Source: a virus
Strand: one strand, 5' to 3'
IMG/VR virus record: IMGVR_UViG_3300007775_000157
Coordinates: 1 to 64,000 of that record
DNA length: 64,000 nucleotides
Shown here: piece after piece, positions 35,174 to 45,896 of the stretch
Layout: every line of letters begins with the position of its first letter
How positions within the stretch are numbered: position 1 is the first letter of the stretch
Program-made: the position numbers and the translations under genes
The notes under the pieces: model-generated
The model's input: the letters and a program-made list of their open reading frames with translations, nothing else
What the model was told of the DNA's origin: nothing
Database searches by the model: none

Positions 35174-35722
35174 ATGAGTTTAGTAACTGACAATTGGGCG
35201 AGTAATCTCAATCCTACTCCAAAAACTTTCAAGATGTATAAGACACTTTCTGTAACCGCCGTTTCTGGCTCTGCTGTTACAGATACACAGAATTTTTTCA
35301 ACAAGGATTGTCCGTTTGATGTAGATGTAATTGGTTTTGAAGTTCATTCTGTTTCCGTTTCTGGTGCTGGTTTTAACGGTAGTGGATCAAATCTTACAGT
35401 AGCACTTCAAAGTTCTGATGAAGTAGATACGTCTCCTGCGCAACCGACTTCTGTTTCCTGGGACAATATTATGTCTGTTGATGCTTCTGGTAAAGTTGCA
35501 AGTACCGACAAGATGCTTCTTCGTGCTCCAGCGAATTCTGGCGATGTCATAAATGCCAGTCTAGATAAGACATACGTTTCTGTACCTGCTGGAGGGTCTC
35601 TGAGAACGACTTTGTCTGCACAGGCTCATGATGCTATAGGCGCGGCTGGATCAACTCCTGTACAGCTTCTGGCCATCGTAGAATGCATTCCTACTCAAGT
35701 TAAGGATCAGCGATACTTCTAG
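35174..35722 (+). CDS. Putative virion structural protein
   Basis: Ser/Thr/Ala-rich beta protein; GGGAGGT RBS before ATG 35174; own promoter and terminator. Confidence 0.6.
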   Translation: MSLVTDNWASNLNPTPKTFKMYKTLSVTAVSGSAVTDTQNFFNKDCPFDVDVIGFEVHSVSVSGAGFNGSGSNLTVALQSSDEVDTSPAQPTSVSWDNIMSVDASGKVASTDKMLLRAPANSGDVINASLDKTYVSVPAGGSLRTTLSAQAHDAIGAAGSTPVQLLAIVECIPTQVKDQRYF

Positions 35723-35750
35723 GTCGTTAGCACAAGAACAGACTCATATG

Positions 35751-35785
35751 GGAGCCTGGAGCTTTGCTCTGGGCTCCATTTTTTT
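35751..35785 (+). terminator. Rho-independent terminator
   Basis: GGAGCCTGGAGC-TTT-GCTCTGGGCTCC-ATTTTTTT. Confidence 0.88.
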
Positions 35786-35786
35786 A

Positions 35787-35796
35787 TGGTGTATAA
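35787..35796 (+). promoter_or_regulatory. Putative late promoter motif TGGTGTATAA
   Basis: Motif right after terminator, heading the tail chaperone/TMP operon. Confidence 0.7.
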
Positions 35797-35864
35797 AACG
35801 ATGGATAGACAAGGCTTCGGTCTGGATAGCAGTACCACTTTATTTGGGACTGGGAAGACATACT

Positions 35865-36950
35865 ATGAACAACGACGAAAAAGAACGAATTATTTCCAAA
35901 ATAATTTGCAGTGAAACCATAGCGAACGTAAGAAGCCGGAATGGATCACTTCTATCTTTCTCCCTAAAAACCCCAACCCCAAAGCAACAAGCAAAATCTT
36001 CGTCTGTGTACGAGAAAGCGTTTGAGCAGGCTATTCTGTCTGGATTGCTAGACAAGGAAAGTTTGCTGATTAATATGATTGAAATTGGGAGATGGACAGA
36101 AAAGAAAGAACAAGAAATCAAAGGCTTACAGGAAGATATTTACAAGATAAGGCGTAGTCTGTTGGATTTTATATTCAATAAAACCAAGCTAGAGAAAGTA
36201 CGCTCTCTTTTGCGTCGTGCTGAATCTGCATTAGTTGAAAGATTGTCTGCTAAGCATGAATTATTATCTACCAGCGCAGAGTCTCAAGCCATACTAGAAC
36301 AACAAAGATATTTGATTAGGCATATTACATACAATGATGACGAAACTTTGGTGTGGTCAACAGATAGCAATTTTGACAATTTCGGAGATATAGGTATTAT
36401 TATACAATTATGCACATTTTTCTTTCTCGAATCGCATTTTTCTAGTAAAGTTATCAGAGAATTGGCGAGGTCACAGCAGTGGAGAAGCTACTGGGAAGTT
36501 GCTAAAGTAACCAATCAATTGTTTGAGAATCCAGTATCTCATTGGTCTTGGAACCAGAAGGAATTAGCATATTGGTCTACTATTTACGATTCAGTCTACG
36601 AGGCGTATGAAAAACCATCAAAGTCAGTAATAGGAGACGACGACTTACTCGATTCTTGGTTCATTAGACAGACAGAAAAAAATGATAAGACCAATAAGTC
36701 CAGTTCTATTCCTCAATCTAATAAAAGCGGTAGAAATGAAATGTTTATTATGACAGACAAAGCTGGAGCTAAAGAAGTCTACAATATGAACGATCCAGCT
36801 TCTAGGGTACGAATAAAAGCGAAACAAAAAATGTTAGCTCAGAAAGGGTCTGTTAAAGAACAACATATGCCAGATAGTCAGAGAGAGATGCGGGAATCTT
36901 TGTTAGCAAAACAGAGTAGACATGTAAAAGACATACGTAGCAAAAGGTAA
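35865..36950 (+). CDS. Putative tail assembly chaperone
   Basis: C-terminal 'YDSVYE..EKP...VI.DDDLLDSW' pattern; upstream of TMP; ATG 35748 lies in the terminator so 35865 is preferred. Confidence 0.55.
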   Translation: MNNDEKERIISKIICSETIANVRSRNGSLLSFSLKTPTPKQQAKSSSVYEKAFEQAILSGLLDKESLLINMIEIGRWTEKKEQEIKGLQEDIYKIRRSLLDFIFNKTKLEKVRSLLRRAESALVERLSAKHELLSTSAESQAILEQQRYLIRHITYNDDETLVWSTDSNFDNFGDIGIIIQLCTFFFLESHFSSKVIRELARSQQWRSYWEVAKVTNQLFENPVSHWSWNQKELAYWSTIYDSVYEAYEKPSKSVIGDDDLLDSWFIRQTEKNDKTNKSSSIPQSNKSGRNEMFIMTDKAGAKEVYNMNDPASRVRIKAKQKMLAQKGSVKEQHMPDSQREMRESLLAKQSRHVKDIRSKR

Positions 36951-36954
36951 TATC

Positions 36955-37329
36955 ATGACACGCAAAGAAAGAGAATTGTATAATCTTCGTGAAGACAACA
37001 GGAGGCGTCAAAATAGTAGGCTTTCTGAAGATTCTAAAGATAGATTGAAAAAAATCTCTGACAAAAAATTTAGAACCTGTTTTGTGTTTGCAATATGCGA
37101 GTTTGAAAATGCTTTTGGAGAACAGATATGGGGACACGGGCTTGATGAATCCCAGTTAACAGAACAGCAAAAACAAAATAGAGAAAAATGGGCGAAAGTA
37201 AGGAAGAATATTCTCGATAAAGGCAATACTCAGTCGCGTGCTCTGAGTATGGAAATCGATTTACATAGGGTCGATTTCATGGGATATAGGATAGAATTTG
37301 GAGGAAAGTTAAATGACTCAAGAAAATGA
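36955..37329 (+). CDS. Conserved hypothetical tail-region protein
   Basis: FE..FG..WGHG...W..VR..ILD.GN motif; operon position. Confidence 0.55.
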   Translation: MTRKERELYNLREDNRRRQNSRLSEDSKDRLKKISDKKFRTCFVFAICEFENAFGEQIWGHGLDESQLTEQQKQNREKWAKVRKNILDKGNTQSRALSMEIDLHRVDFMGYRIEFGGKLNDSRK

Positions 37330-38197
37330 ACGATTTTTTGTTCAAACTATGAACACGAATAATGAGAAGATAAAACTTACCGTTAAAATGCCAGGACATA
37401 AACTCTTACAAGACGCACAGATGGTTTACAATGTTGCTATGACAGCTTTTATTAAACAAAGTGCTAACGGAGAAAGCTTGCTGTCAAGGGATCAACTAGA
37501 AAGATATTTGTCTGAAATTGGTGTTTGGACCCAAGATGATGCAAAGAAATTTCTACAATTACAAATAGAACTGAGAGAATGTGAATTAAAGTTAAAAACA
37601 GGGGGAATGAAAGTATCAGAAGCGAGACAGCTTGCCTTAAGGATGAAAATAAAGAGAAACATGTTATTCTCTTTGTATACAAAGCGTTCTCAGTTCGACA
37701 GTATAACGATGGAGTCAATGGCGGAAAACAAAAAATTCAAATTTTTAATAACCAAGTGTGTATTTTATGAAGATGAAGATGTCTTGTTTTTCAAGAACAT
37801 CGAAGACTATGAGAATCGACAAGAAGAGAAAGCTGTTATAGATGTTACCACTGCTTTTGCTGGTCGGATGTATGGATATCAATCTGATCATGAATCTAAT
37901 TTGACAGAAAACGAATGGTTAAAAAAATACGGTTTTTCTGATGACCAGGGACGTCTTGTTGATGATTGTGGCAGATTAGTAGATGAATCTGGTCGACTGA
38001 TAGATGAAGAAGGAAGATTTATAGACCAAGATGGTAATTTTGTGGATAATCAAGGTAGGCGCATAGATCAATATGGAGAGTTTGTGATTGAAAATCCAAA
38101 ACCATTTATAGATGATCTTGGGGTAACAAAAAAAACAAGGACTACGAAAAAGAAAAAGACAAAGAAACAAAATAAAAAAATAATTACAAAGAAGTAG
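37313..38197 (+). CDS. Putative tail assembly chaperone with heptad DxxGx(L/F)(V/I) repeats
   Basis: Directly upstream of TMP; N-terminal half resembles 35865 product; seven 7-aa repeats. Confidence 0.55.
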   Translation: MTQENERFFVQTMNTNNEKIKLTVKMPGHKLLQDAQMVYNVAMTAFIKQSANGESLLSRDQLERYLSEIGVWTQDDAKKFLQLQIELRECELKLKTGGMKVSEARQLALRMKIKRNMLFSLYTKRSQFDSITMESMAENKKFKFLITKCVFYEDEDVLFFKNIEDYENRQEEKAVIDVTTAFAGRMYGYQSDHESNLTENEWLKKYGFSDDQGRLVDDCGRLVDESGRLIDEEGRFIDQDGNFVDNQGRRIDQYGEFVIENPKPFIDDLGVTKKTRTTKKKKTKKQNKKIITKK

Positions 38198-38206
38198 GTG
38201 GATTAA

Positions 38207-41200
38207 GTGGCTTTTATTATAGATGCAAATTTAAGAATTCAAAAGGTCTTAGGGCTCCAACAGGTCAAACAACAGCTTGCCAATATTCAAGTTGGTGGAA
38301 TTGGACAAATAAATAAGGTTGCTAGCGGCCTTGGACTTGTAAGCAAAAACGCTTCTGGTGCTGCTGAAAAAATCTTTTCTGCATCCAAGGCCACAAAGAA
38401 TCTTGGTTCGGCTGCTGGAAAAACTGGTTCACAATTAAAAGATGGTGCCAATAAAGCGAAAAATTTTGGAGACCAAATCTTTCTAGCGGGAAAAAGATAT
38501 GCCGCCTTCTTGAGCGCAACGGTTGGTGCCTTTAAGGCATTTCAATTAATTTCAGAAGGTGCAAAATCTGTTGTTGAATTTGATCAAGCACTAGTTTCCT
38601 TGGCCCAAATAATAGGTACTACCGTTGACAATTTAGGCAATCTACGTCAACAATTTTTAGACTTATCTGTTGCTACAGGTACCAGCGCCTCTGATATTGC
38701 TAATGCGGCTAAGTTGTTGGCTCAGGCCGGATTTAGAGGGAGAGAATTAACAGAAGCTGTTGAGCAATTAGCTAAGACTCCGCTAACACCAATCTTCGAA
38801 AGTATGGAACAAGCTGTTGCTGGTGCGGTCGCTGCACTAGAGCAATTTTCTGATGAAGGATTAACTGTCGAAACCGTCTTCGATAAACTAACAAAAGTAT
38901 CTAATAATTATGCCGCATCTTTCCCAGATATTATAGAAGGTATTAGGAGAGGTGGTTCTGCGTTTCAGGCCATAGGTGGTAATCTAGACGAATTTATCGC
39001 AGCTTTTACAACCATACGATCTGTAACACAAGAAAGCGCATCTGCCGTAGGAACATCGCTCAAGACGATATCTAGTCGTTTGGCTGATCCAAAAATTATT
39101 GATTTTTTACAGACTAAAAATATCAGGTTAATAGAGGAGGGTCAATTTGTTGGACCAATCGAAGCAATCAGAAGAATTGGAGAAGGTCTTGACAAAGTAA
39201 AGACCACCCAAGAGGCGGTAAACATAGCAACGCAGCTTGGTGGTAGAAGACAGATTAGTCGTTTTCTAGCTTTAGCTAAAAATGTTGATACTTTTAACGA
39301 AATTTTAGGAGTTTCTGAAACTTCTTTTGGTGAGTTTGATCGAGTTGCAGAACAGGGATTACAAGCTGTCAGCAAACAAATTGATGTTTTAATTTCTCAG
39401 GCGAAGAAATTAGCTATAGATTTGGGTTCGGATTTATTTTTGCCTGTTATTAAAGGCCTAAACACAGCAGCCACTGCTGCAATAGGGCTTCTTGACGCAT
39501 TAAAACCAATTATTCCAGCTTTGGGAACTATCGGTGCCGCCTTCGCCGGAGGTGCTCTTTTTCGTGGTTTGAGTGCTTTTGGCGGATCACAGATAGGTCG
39601 CTTAGCTGGTCCAGCAGCTTTTTCTGCTGCTGGTGGTCGTAGAGCGGGTGTTACTGCTGGTATCACAGCCAGTCCTTTTGCTCAAGCCGGACTATTAATT
39701 GCTGCATCAGAAGCCGCTGCTTCATTGACCAAAACAGCTTTGGGAGCAGATTCATTTACTGCCACGTTAATAACATCCATAGCCAGCATTACTGCTGCCA
39801 TAGCTTTGTTTCGAAATCAAACAATCGCGCAATTTGCTGCTGGTGGCGGAATTTTTACAAGTCTAGGTAAAAAGGGTATACTTGGTGGTCTAGCTGGTTC
39901 TCTTGCTACGATTGGTACATTAGCTGTTCCTTTAGCCTTATCTCAAGCGAATAAAAGCGCCAAAGAACTCTCCGATAAAATAATTGACAGTGCAATACAA
40001 TCAATATCAGAAATACAAATAGATAAAACTGATCCGAAATCAGTGACTGATGGAGTTGGCAAACTTTTTGACGTTATCACAAATAGTGTAGATGAATTGA
40101 CTAACGGAGTAGATATCAAGCAAAATCCAAGTATATTGAAATTTTTTGAAGGTGTTTCTAGGGCTATTGGAAATGCTTTAGAAGGGGATTTTTCAGGGCT
40201 CGTCAGTAGGGGCGGATTAACAAGAAGAAACGTAGATAGTCAAATACAAAAATTACTCAAACAAAGTTCTCAAATTACCCAGATATTGATTGACAATATT
40301 GCAGCAGACCTTGGTGATTCCGCGCAACAAATAGCAAGACCGGGAAGGGTTCAGTTAATACAGCAGGGCGTACAAAATGGATTAACAGTTGAAGAATCTG
40401 CGCAATTTGCTTCTTCTATAATAGAATCTGTTGGAGGAATAGATGCATGGACAGAGAAAATTAGGAAAAGTGCTGAGACTATTGCCAAAGAGACCAAAGA
40501 AAGAGAAAAGGTTTCTAATCTTGTAAAGAACTTTCTCCCAAATAGATTAGTTGGACAACTTTCGCAGTTCTCAAAAGCTGTTGATAAGACAGTTAACAGT
40601 ATCAATAATTCTGCCCAATTGTTTCAGTCTCAAATTGCTGAGATAGCCGGTGGTATTAGAGCACCTTCATTTGATTTTCAATTTAATGATTTGCAGGTCA
40701 AAGATTTGATCCAGACTGGTGGTCTTAATGATTTATTTCAATTTACGCCAGATATACCTAAGTTTGTTGGAGCCTTTTCTGAGATAGAAAACTTGTTAGA
40801 TCAATTCGTTTTGAGTGTTAGCAATGTTTCTGTTCCTAATGTAGACATATCTTCTACTATAGATCAATTTTTTGCTTCTCAGAGCAATGTTCCCCAAACT
40901 GTGAGGGATAATTTTGAAGAATTTTTCACCACAATAGGCAATGATCTGGCCAGCGTATCTACTGGTAAATTTATAGACGCCAACAAGATTAAGGAAAGAT
41001 TCAGAGAAGAGTTTCAAGATATTGGTGCTGGCGCAACAGATTCTGTTGTTCAGTCCGTGAGAGGATTTTTGCAAGCGACGTTTAAGCAAATAGAAGATGA
41101 AGCCAATAGATTAGCAACGGTGAGACAATTTGAAATTGCTGCACCTGTGCGTCCAGAATCTCAAGCCGCTTTCCTTGAGCAACAATTGCGAAGGGTTGGT

Positions 41201-42484
41201 ATTACTGCTCCTTCTAGAACCCAAGGGAATCAGGTAAGAGGAACTATAGAAGAGCTAGACCTTATTAGAAGAGAATTGGAAAGTCGTTCTGGTCCAGGCA
41301 ATATTCCTGGCAGACTACCAACTCCTGGAGTAGGCTTTTTCAGAGGAAGAGACCAAAGACTTGTCGATATTGCAGGAAACGAAAGAGTTAGACAAGAGGT
41401 TAGGGATCAGTTTAAGGGTATCATAACAGAATCGTCTGCTCTGAAACAAAGTCTTGCAGAATTAAAGCCAGGGACAGAGGGTTTTATAGAAGCCTCTAAC
41501 AGGGCGAGAGAGTTGGCACGGTCAACAGTGGAATTACAGACGACCCTAGAAGCATTAGACAAAGCTACTGGTCAAGCCCTAAAGTCAGAACTAGAAACTT
41601 TGTCAAGGCGACAACAGTTTGAAACGGCTCAGACTAGAGCTACTCTGGCAGAACAAGTAAGAACAGGAGCGATCGATCCGCTACAAGCGGAACGTCGACT
41701 TTTCGACTTATCAAAAGAACAACAAAAAGAACAACTGGCTGTTCAGGATAAGTTTGATGCCATTGTTGAGAAAGATAATTCTCTTAGAGTTGATTTAGCT
41801 AAGCAAGTTAGCGAGAACACAAAGACTCAACAGGAAATTATAGCAGATTTTGGAACGTCAGCAAGTTTATTCGCTGATTCTACAAAAATACAAGCCACCT
41901 CTATACAATTAATGCAGCGATCTATTATTGATTTTGGACAGAGTGTGGTAGATTTTAGCAATTTTAATTCAATAGGACCGACAACAAGTCAAGGTAATTC
42001 GGCAGAAATAATTCCTTCTCAGATTAGGTCTGGCGGGATAACCGTACAGCAAGGATTTGATGAGTTTAACAGACTGATAAAAGAAGGTAATACAAGCCAG
42101 CAACAAATGACAGATATTTTAGAAGCCATATATGAGCGTCAAGATCAGATTAAATCTACTAGCGAAGAATCAAACACAATACAAAGAGACCAAGAGAAAA
42201 ATGCTGCCGTTGGAGATAAAATTAGTCAATTAAATGAAAGCCTAGATAATCTTAGAAATGTATTGTCGTCCCCCAACGAACTAAGGATTGTATCTGATCA
42301 AAGGGTTGTACTTGACTTGTCTACTCTGCCAGATGATATTGTCAATGAAGTTAAGCCATTGTTTGAAGAGGCTGGCATAGTCATTGCCAAAACAGTTACC
42401 AGACAAGCTATGGAAAGTCTGGCCGCTAAAACTGATTCTGAAGTATCTATTTCTGCCGGAAGTGTAGCCCAGGAGCTTGCATAA
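38207..42484 (+). CDS. Tail tape measure protein
   Basis: 1425 aa, Ala/Gly/Gln-rich helical; TP901-type core (LAQAGF, SASAVGTSLKTISSRL); hydrophobic mid segment. Confidence 0.9.
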   Translation: MAFIIDANLRIQKVLGLQQVKQQLANIQVGGIGQINKVASGLGLVSKNASGAAEKIFSASKATKNLGSAAGKTGSQLKDGANKAKNFGDQIFLAGKRYAAFLSATVGAFKAFQLISEGAKSVVEFDQALVSLAQIIGTTVDNLGNLRQQFLDLSVATGTSASDIANAAKLLAQAGFRGRELTEAVEQLAKTPLTPIFESMEQAVAGAVAALEQFSDEGLTVETVFDKLTKVSNNYAASFPDIIEGIRRGGSAFQAIGGNLDEFIAAFTTIRSVTQESASAVGTSLKTISSRLADPKIIDFLQTKNIRLIEEGQFVGPIEAIRRIGEGLDKVKTTQEAVNIATQLGGRRQISRFLALAKNVDTFNEILGVSETSFGEFDRVAEQGLQAVSKQIDVLISQAKKLAIDLGSDLFLPVIKGLNTAATAAIGLLDALKPIIPALGTIGAAFAGGALFRGLSAFGGSQIGRLAGPAAFSAAGGRRAGVTAGITASPFAQAGLLIAASEAAASLTKTALGADSFTATLITSIASITAAIALFRNQTIAQFAAGGGIFTSLGKKGILGGLAGSLATIGTLAVPLALSQANKSAKELSDKIIDSAIQSISEIQIDKTDPKSVTDGVGKLFDVITNSVDELTNGVDIKQNPSILKFFEGVSRAIGNALEGDFSGLVSRGGLTRRNVDSQIQKLLKQSSQITQILIDNIAADLGDSAQQIARPGRVQLIQQGVQNGLTVEESAQFASSIIESVGGIDAWTEKIRKSAETIAKETKEREKVSNLVKNFLPNRLVGQLSQFSKAVDKTVNSINNSAQLFQSQIAEIAGGIRAPSFDFQFNDLQVKDLIQTGGLNDLFQFTPDIPKFVGAFSEIENLLDQFVLSVSNVSVPNVDISSTIDQFFASQSNVPQTVRDNFEEFFTTIGNDLASVSTGKFIDANKIKERFREEFQDIGAGATDSVVQSVRGFLQATFKQIEDEANRLATVRQFEIAAPVRPESQAAFLEQQLRRVGITAPSRTQGNQVRGTIEELDLIRRELESRSGPGNIPGRLPTPGVGFFRGRDQRLVDIAGNERVRQEVRDQFKGIITESSALKQSLAELKPGTEGFIEASNRARELARSTVELQTTLEALDKATGQALKSELETLSRRQQFETAQTRATLAEQVRTGAIDPLQAERRLFDLSKEQQKEQLAVQDKFDAIVEKDNSLRVDLAKQVSENTKTQQEIIADFGTSASLFADSTKIQATSIQLMQRSIIDFGQSVVDFSNFNSIGPTTSQGNSAEIIPSQIRSGGITVQQGFDEFNRLIKEGNTSQQQMTDILEAIYERQDQIKSTSEESNTIQRDQEKNAAVGDKISQLNESLDNLRNVLSSPNELRIVSDQRVVLDLSTLPDDIVNEVKPLFEEAGIVIAKTVTRQAMESLAAKTDSEVSISAGSVAQELA

Positions 42485-44214
42485 TGTCTCTTTTACGCCA
42501 TGATAATGTAACATTCTATCATCCACTAGATGATTATACAGAATACATACAAAATCATGTTTGGAATGATAGCCAGGCTAACGTAGGTATTAGCGGTGGT
42601 GTCATAGTAAGCGGTATGATTAATACTGGCGGGGCTGTTTACGCTACGCTTGGAGAGTCTGTTTCTGCCGGTGGATATAGTGGCGTTGCTGGAGCCACAA
42701 GATTAACCACATGTTTTTGGGCTAGTGGATTTTATCAAAACGGTTCAGATACAAGAATTGTGCTGATTGGGTATGGATCATCTGCCACAAATGGCGACAC
42801 CAATATTTTAAGATTAACAAAAAGTTCATCAAACACATGTGACTTCAGACTGACCATTGGTACCGCTGGAGTTGGTACAAAAAATATCCCCACCAAACCC
42901 AGTGATAACGATAAACACTTTGTTGTTCTGGACGCCGAGGACGAAGGCAGCGTCTGGAGATATCGTATCAGTTTCGATGGCGCAGATTGGCAGGACTTAG
43001 GAACACTTTCTAGTGCAGCTAGTCCAACAAGTGCTAACTCTGTTATAATTCATCTTTTTGACAATGGTTCGGTTAGTTCTGTTATAGACGAAGTTGTATT
43101 CTGGAGTGGTGCCAGTCTATTCTCCGCTCAAGAATTATCAAATCTATATGAATTGGCCAACACGTATGGTCGATCTATGGATGAATATTCTACCACATTC
43201 GGTACTTTAACTAGCGGTAGTATAGATCAGTTCACAAAAGGGTACGATGTGTCTTCTGGCAATTTACCCCTATATATTCCAGGACAAAAGGAAGTAGATT
43301 CCATTGCTCTTTTTGCGTCTGGTAGTCCAACTTCTATATCCGATACAATAGATTTGTATATGAGCGGCTCTGTATCTACGTCGTCTTCTGGTGTAGATTT
43401 GTTTATTTTACCTCCTGTGCTATCGAGTGGCAATGTCGATTTATATGAATATGGTTTTGATATTGCTTCGGGAGAAACTACCCTTTATATAGCTGGTTTA
43501 TTCCCAAGTTTTGACGCTTTTGTTTCGGTTGATAGTAATACCCCAACCACTAGTGCTAATCTTTTTATCTATGGTTTTGCAAGTGGTTCGCCAACTCCAA
43601 GTTATGTCGCAGACTCGGTTTCTCTATATATCAATGATTCTGGAAACTTAGTCACAGTCAATAAGAATTTTTCTGGTTTTGTGCATGTAGATGATCCCAT
43701 TTTAACATCATATAGTGGAATTTGGTCTTCTTTTGTTAAGGTTGGAAATAGTTCTGACAAAAACTGTACTTTTTATATGTATGGACATGCTTCCGGAGAA
43801 TCACCTCATGGAACCTTAAATACAAACGATAAGAATTTGTTCGTCCGTGGAAGGTCTGCGTTCTCTGGAGACGAAGGGTTGCTTTTCGACAATTACATTG
43901 GGTTGTTTAGTGATTTTTCGTCCTTTGCCAAAGTTCATCTTGGAACTTCTGGATTATCGAATTTATATGTGTCTGGCTATATTCCAATAGAACCACCATC
44001 TGGATATCTTGATTTTTATGTCTTTGGAATTAGTGGGATTACGTTTGATTCTATCGACTATTATATCTCTGGGAAGGATGTTCCAAGTGGAGATTGTGAT
44101 TTGTTTATGTTCGGCATACAAGGGATACCTTCTGGAAGTGTTCCATTTTATCTCGCCGTAACTACTCTTGGTGATTTAACTGGTTCTGATACTCTGTATA
44201 CTCATGGATTCTAA
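42484..44214 (+). CDS. Virion protein: LamG-like N domain plus LYxxG repeat stalk
   Basis: FYHPLDDYTEY...VIDEVVFW...ELSNLY; paralogous to 13146..15443. Confidence 0.6.
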   Translation: MSLLRHDNVTFYHPLDDYTEYIQNHVWNDSQANVGISGGVIVSGMINTGGAVYATLGESVSAGGYSGVAGATRLTTCFWASGFYQNGSDTRIVLIGYGSSATNGDTNILRLTKSSSNTCDFRLTIGTAGVGTKNIPTKPSDNDKHFVVLDAEDEGSVWRYRISFDGADWQDLGTLSSAASPTSANSVIIHLFDNGSVSSVIDEVVFWSGASLFSAQELSNLYELANTYGRSMDEYSTTFGTLTSGSIDQFTKGYDVSSGNLPLYIPGQKEVDSIALFASGSPTSISDTIDLYMSGSVSTSSSGVDLFILPPVLSSGNVDLYEYGFDIASGETTLYIAGLFPSFDAFVSVDSNTPTTSANLFIYGFASGSPTPSYVADSVSLYINDSGNLVTVNKNFSGFVHVDDPILTSYSGIWSSFVKVGNSSDKNCTFYMYGHASGESPHGTLNTNDKNLFVRGRSAFSGDEGLLFDNYIGLFSDFSSFAKVHLGTSGLSNLYVSGYIPIEPPSGYLDFYVFGISGITFDSIDYYISGKDVPSGDCDLFMFGIQGIPSGSVPFYLAVTTLGDLTGSDTLYTHGF

Positions 44215-44228
44215 TAAGAGGTGGCAAA

Positions 44229-45896
44229 ATGTCGGTTATTTATACAAAATCTGATGGAATAGGAAGAAAAATCGTTCCTGCCCCGGTTGTATCCGTGAAT
44301 AAAACTTACGATACGACTCAAGATGGCAAAAAAATAGGCTCCAAATACTCCTTGACGTTAACTGGTACTTTATTGCCGTTTAGAGGTTCTCCTAGTGGGT
44401 CATATACTGCTTTGTCTGGCGCTTTTCATACTACGGGTGGATATCCTGCCGACGAAACCTATGCTGCTAATAACGAAGATTTTAATCACATTCTAAGAAA
44501 ACAAGAAGCTCTCAGATGGTTATTTAGTGATGACGGTGGAATTTTAGAATGGCAACCATCTAATGGTCAACCACCAGTCAAATGTTATCCGCGTATACTG
44601 TCAATCAATTTTTCGGAAGGCCAGTGGGCAGATCGTTGTGATTACACCATACAACTCGAAGCTCCGTGGATTTACATCAATGGAACGCTAGACGTAGAAG
44701 ATAGTGTGGCTACGGACCTCGTAAATGGTTCGTCTGAAACATGGTCTTTTGAAGAAGCAACTGGAAGAAATGACAAACAATATAGAGTTACTCATGACGT
44801 GAGTGCTGATGGAAAATTAGAATATGATGGATTAGGTAATCCATACGGCAACAAACAGGCATGGGAAAATGCGAAAACTTTTGTTGATGCGAAAATCAGC
44901 GGATTTGTAGATAGCAACACCATGTTTGCAGCACTAGGTGCGTCTGGTAAAATCACTGGTCATTACAGTACAGTCACCAGAATAGATGAAGATGCTGGTT
45001 CTTACAATGTCACAGAAGAATGGCTTCTGTCTGATTCGGCAGCTTATGAAGAGAGACAATTTACCGTAGACTACAATCAGTCTCAAGATGAGTATACGAT
45101 CACATATCAAGGAACTATTTACGGTGTCGGTACAGATAGTCGTGCTGGCGCAGACTCGAATATAACTGCGGCGAAAGCAGCTATCCCTTCTATCTCTGCG
45201 GCTAGAACAACTGCAATTTCCTATGTCAGTTCTCTGATTGGCGGTAAAACAATACCTAGTTCTCCAGATAAAAAAACATTCAACATCAATAAACAGGATG
45301 GAACGGTTAACTTTACGTATATCTGGAATACGTCAGATGATACGGATGTTCTCATTACCGAGGAAGGTCAGTTAACATATTCGTTAGACAATCAGTCTAA
45401 TACACTTGTATTTACACAAACCGTTGAAGGTAAGGGAGATACGGCAGCAGAAAAACTAACCAATGCGAAGGCCGCTATATACACAAACGCAGAAGCACTT
45501 GTCGCTGCTAAAACACTGGTTGGAACAAGTTTGAGTTTTGACTTAGGTTCTGTATTGAAGTCCTTTAATAGTCGAGACGGGTCTGCTCGTGCAAGTTGGA
45601 CATGGAATGATATAGATTCTAACAATACAGATATTACGATTCAAACCCAAATGGCTGTTGACGTTATAGCAAGCATAGCTATTCCAGGAAGAAGTGCTGG
45701 TCCAATTATTCAAAATATGGGGACTAAGAATTCTGAAATTATAACAGTGTCTATTCGGTCTACAAGAAATACATCGAAACCAACTGTTGATACTACAGCT
45801 TACGGGGACGGTGGAACGATAGTAGACGATTCAGACAACTGGAATCCGATTACTGGTGTCTACAGTAGAACTACTCGGTTTTTGAAGGAGACATAA
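44229..45896 (+). CDS. Distal tail/baseplate protein
   Basis: Post-TMP position; Thr/Ser-rich beta structure. Confidence 0.55.
   Translation: MSVIYTKSDGIGRKIVPAPVVSVNKTYDTTQDGKKIGSKYSLTLTGTLLPFRGSPSGSYTALSGAFHTTGGYPADETYAANNEDFNHILRKQEALRWLFSDDGGILEWQPSNGQPPVKCYPRILSINFSEGQWADRCDYTIQLEAPWIYINGTLDVEDSVATDLVNGSSETWSFEEATGRNDKQYRVTHDVSADGKLEYDGLGNPYGNKQAWENAKTFVDAKISGFVDSNTMFAALGASGKITGHYSTVTRIDEDAGSYNVTEEWLLSDSAAYEERQFTVDYNQSQDEYTITYQGTIYGVGTDSRAGADSNITAAKAAIPSISAARTTAISYVSSLIGGKTIPSSPDKKTFNINKQDGTVNFTYIWNTSDDTDVLITEEGQLTYSLDNQSNTLVFTQTVEGKGDTAAEKLTNAKAAIYTNAEALVAAKTLVGTSLSFDLGSVLKSFNSRDGSARASWTWNDIDSNNTDITIQTQMAVDVIASIAIPGRSAGPIIQNMGTKNSEIITVSIRSTRNTSKPTVDTTAYGDGGTIVDDSDNWNPITGVYSRTTRFLKET

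Noticed and set aside
35748-35864. N-terminal extension of the 400-aa ORF
   Set aside because: Overlaps the terminator and promoter motif; real start most likely ATG 35865.
38128-38136. A-AAA-AAA slippery site before the tape measure gene
   Set aside because: The -1 frame stops about 14 codons later, so no G/GT-type fusion results; the A-run is explained by Lys codons.
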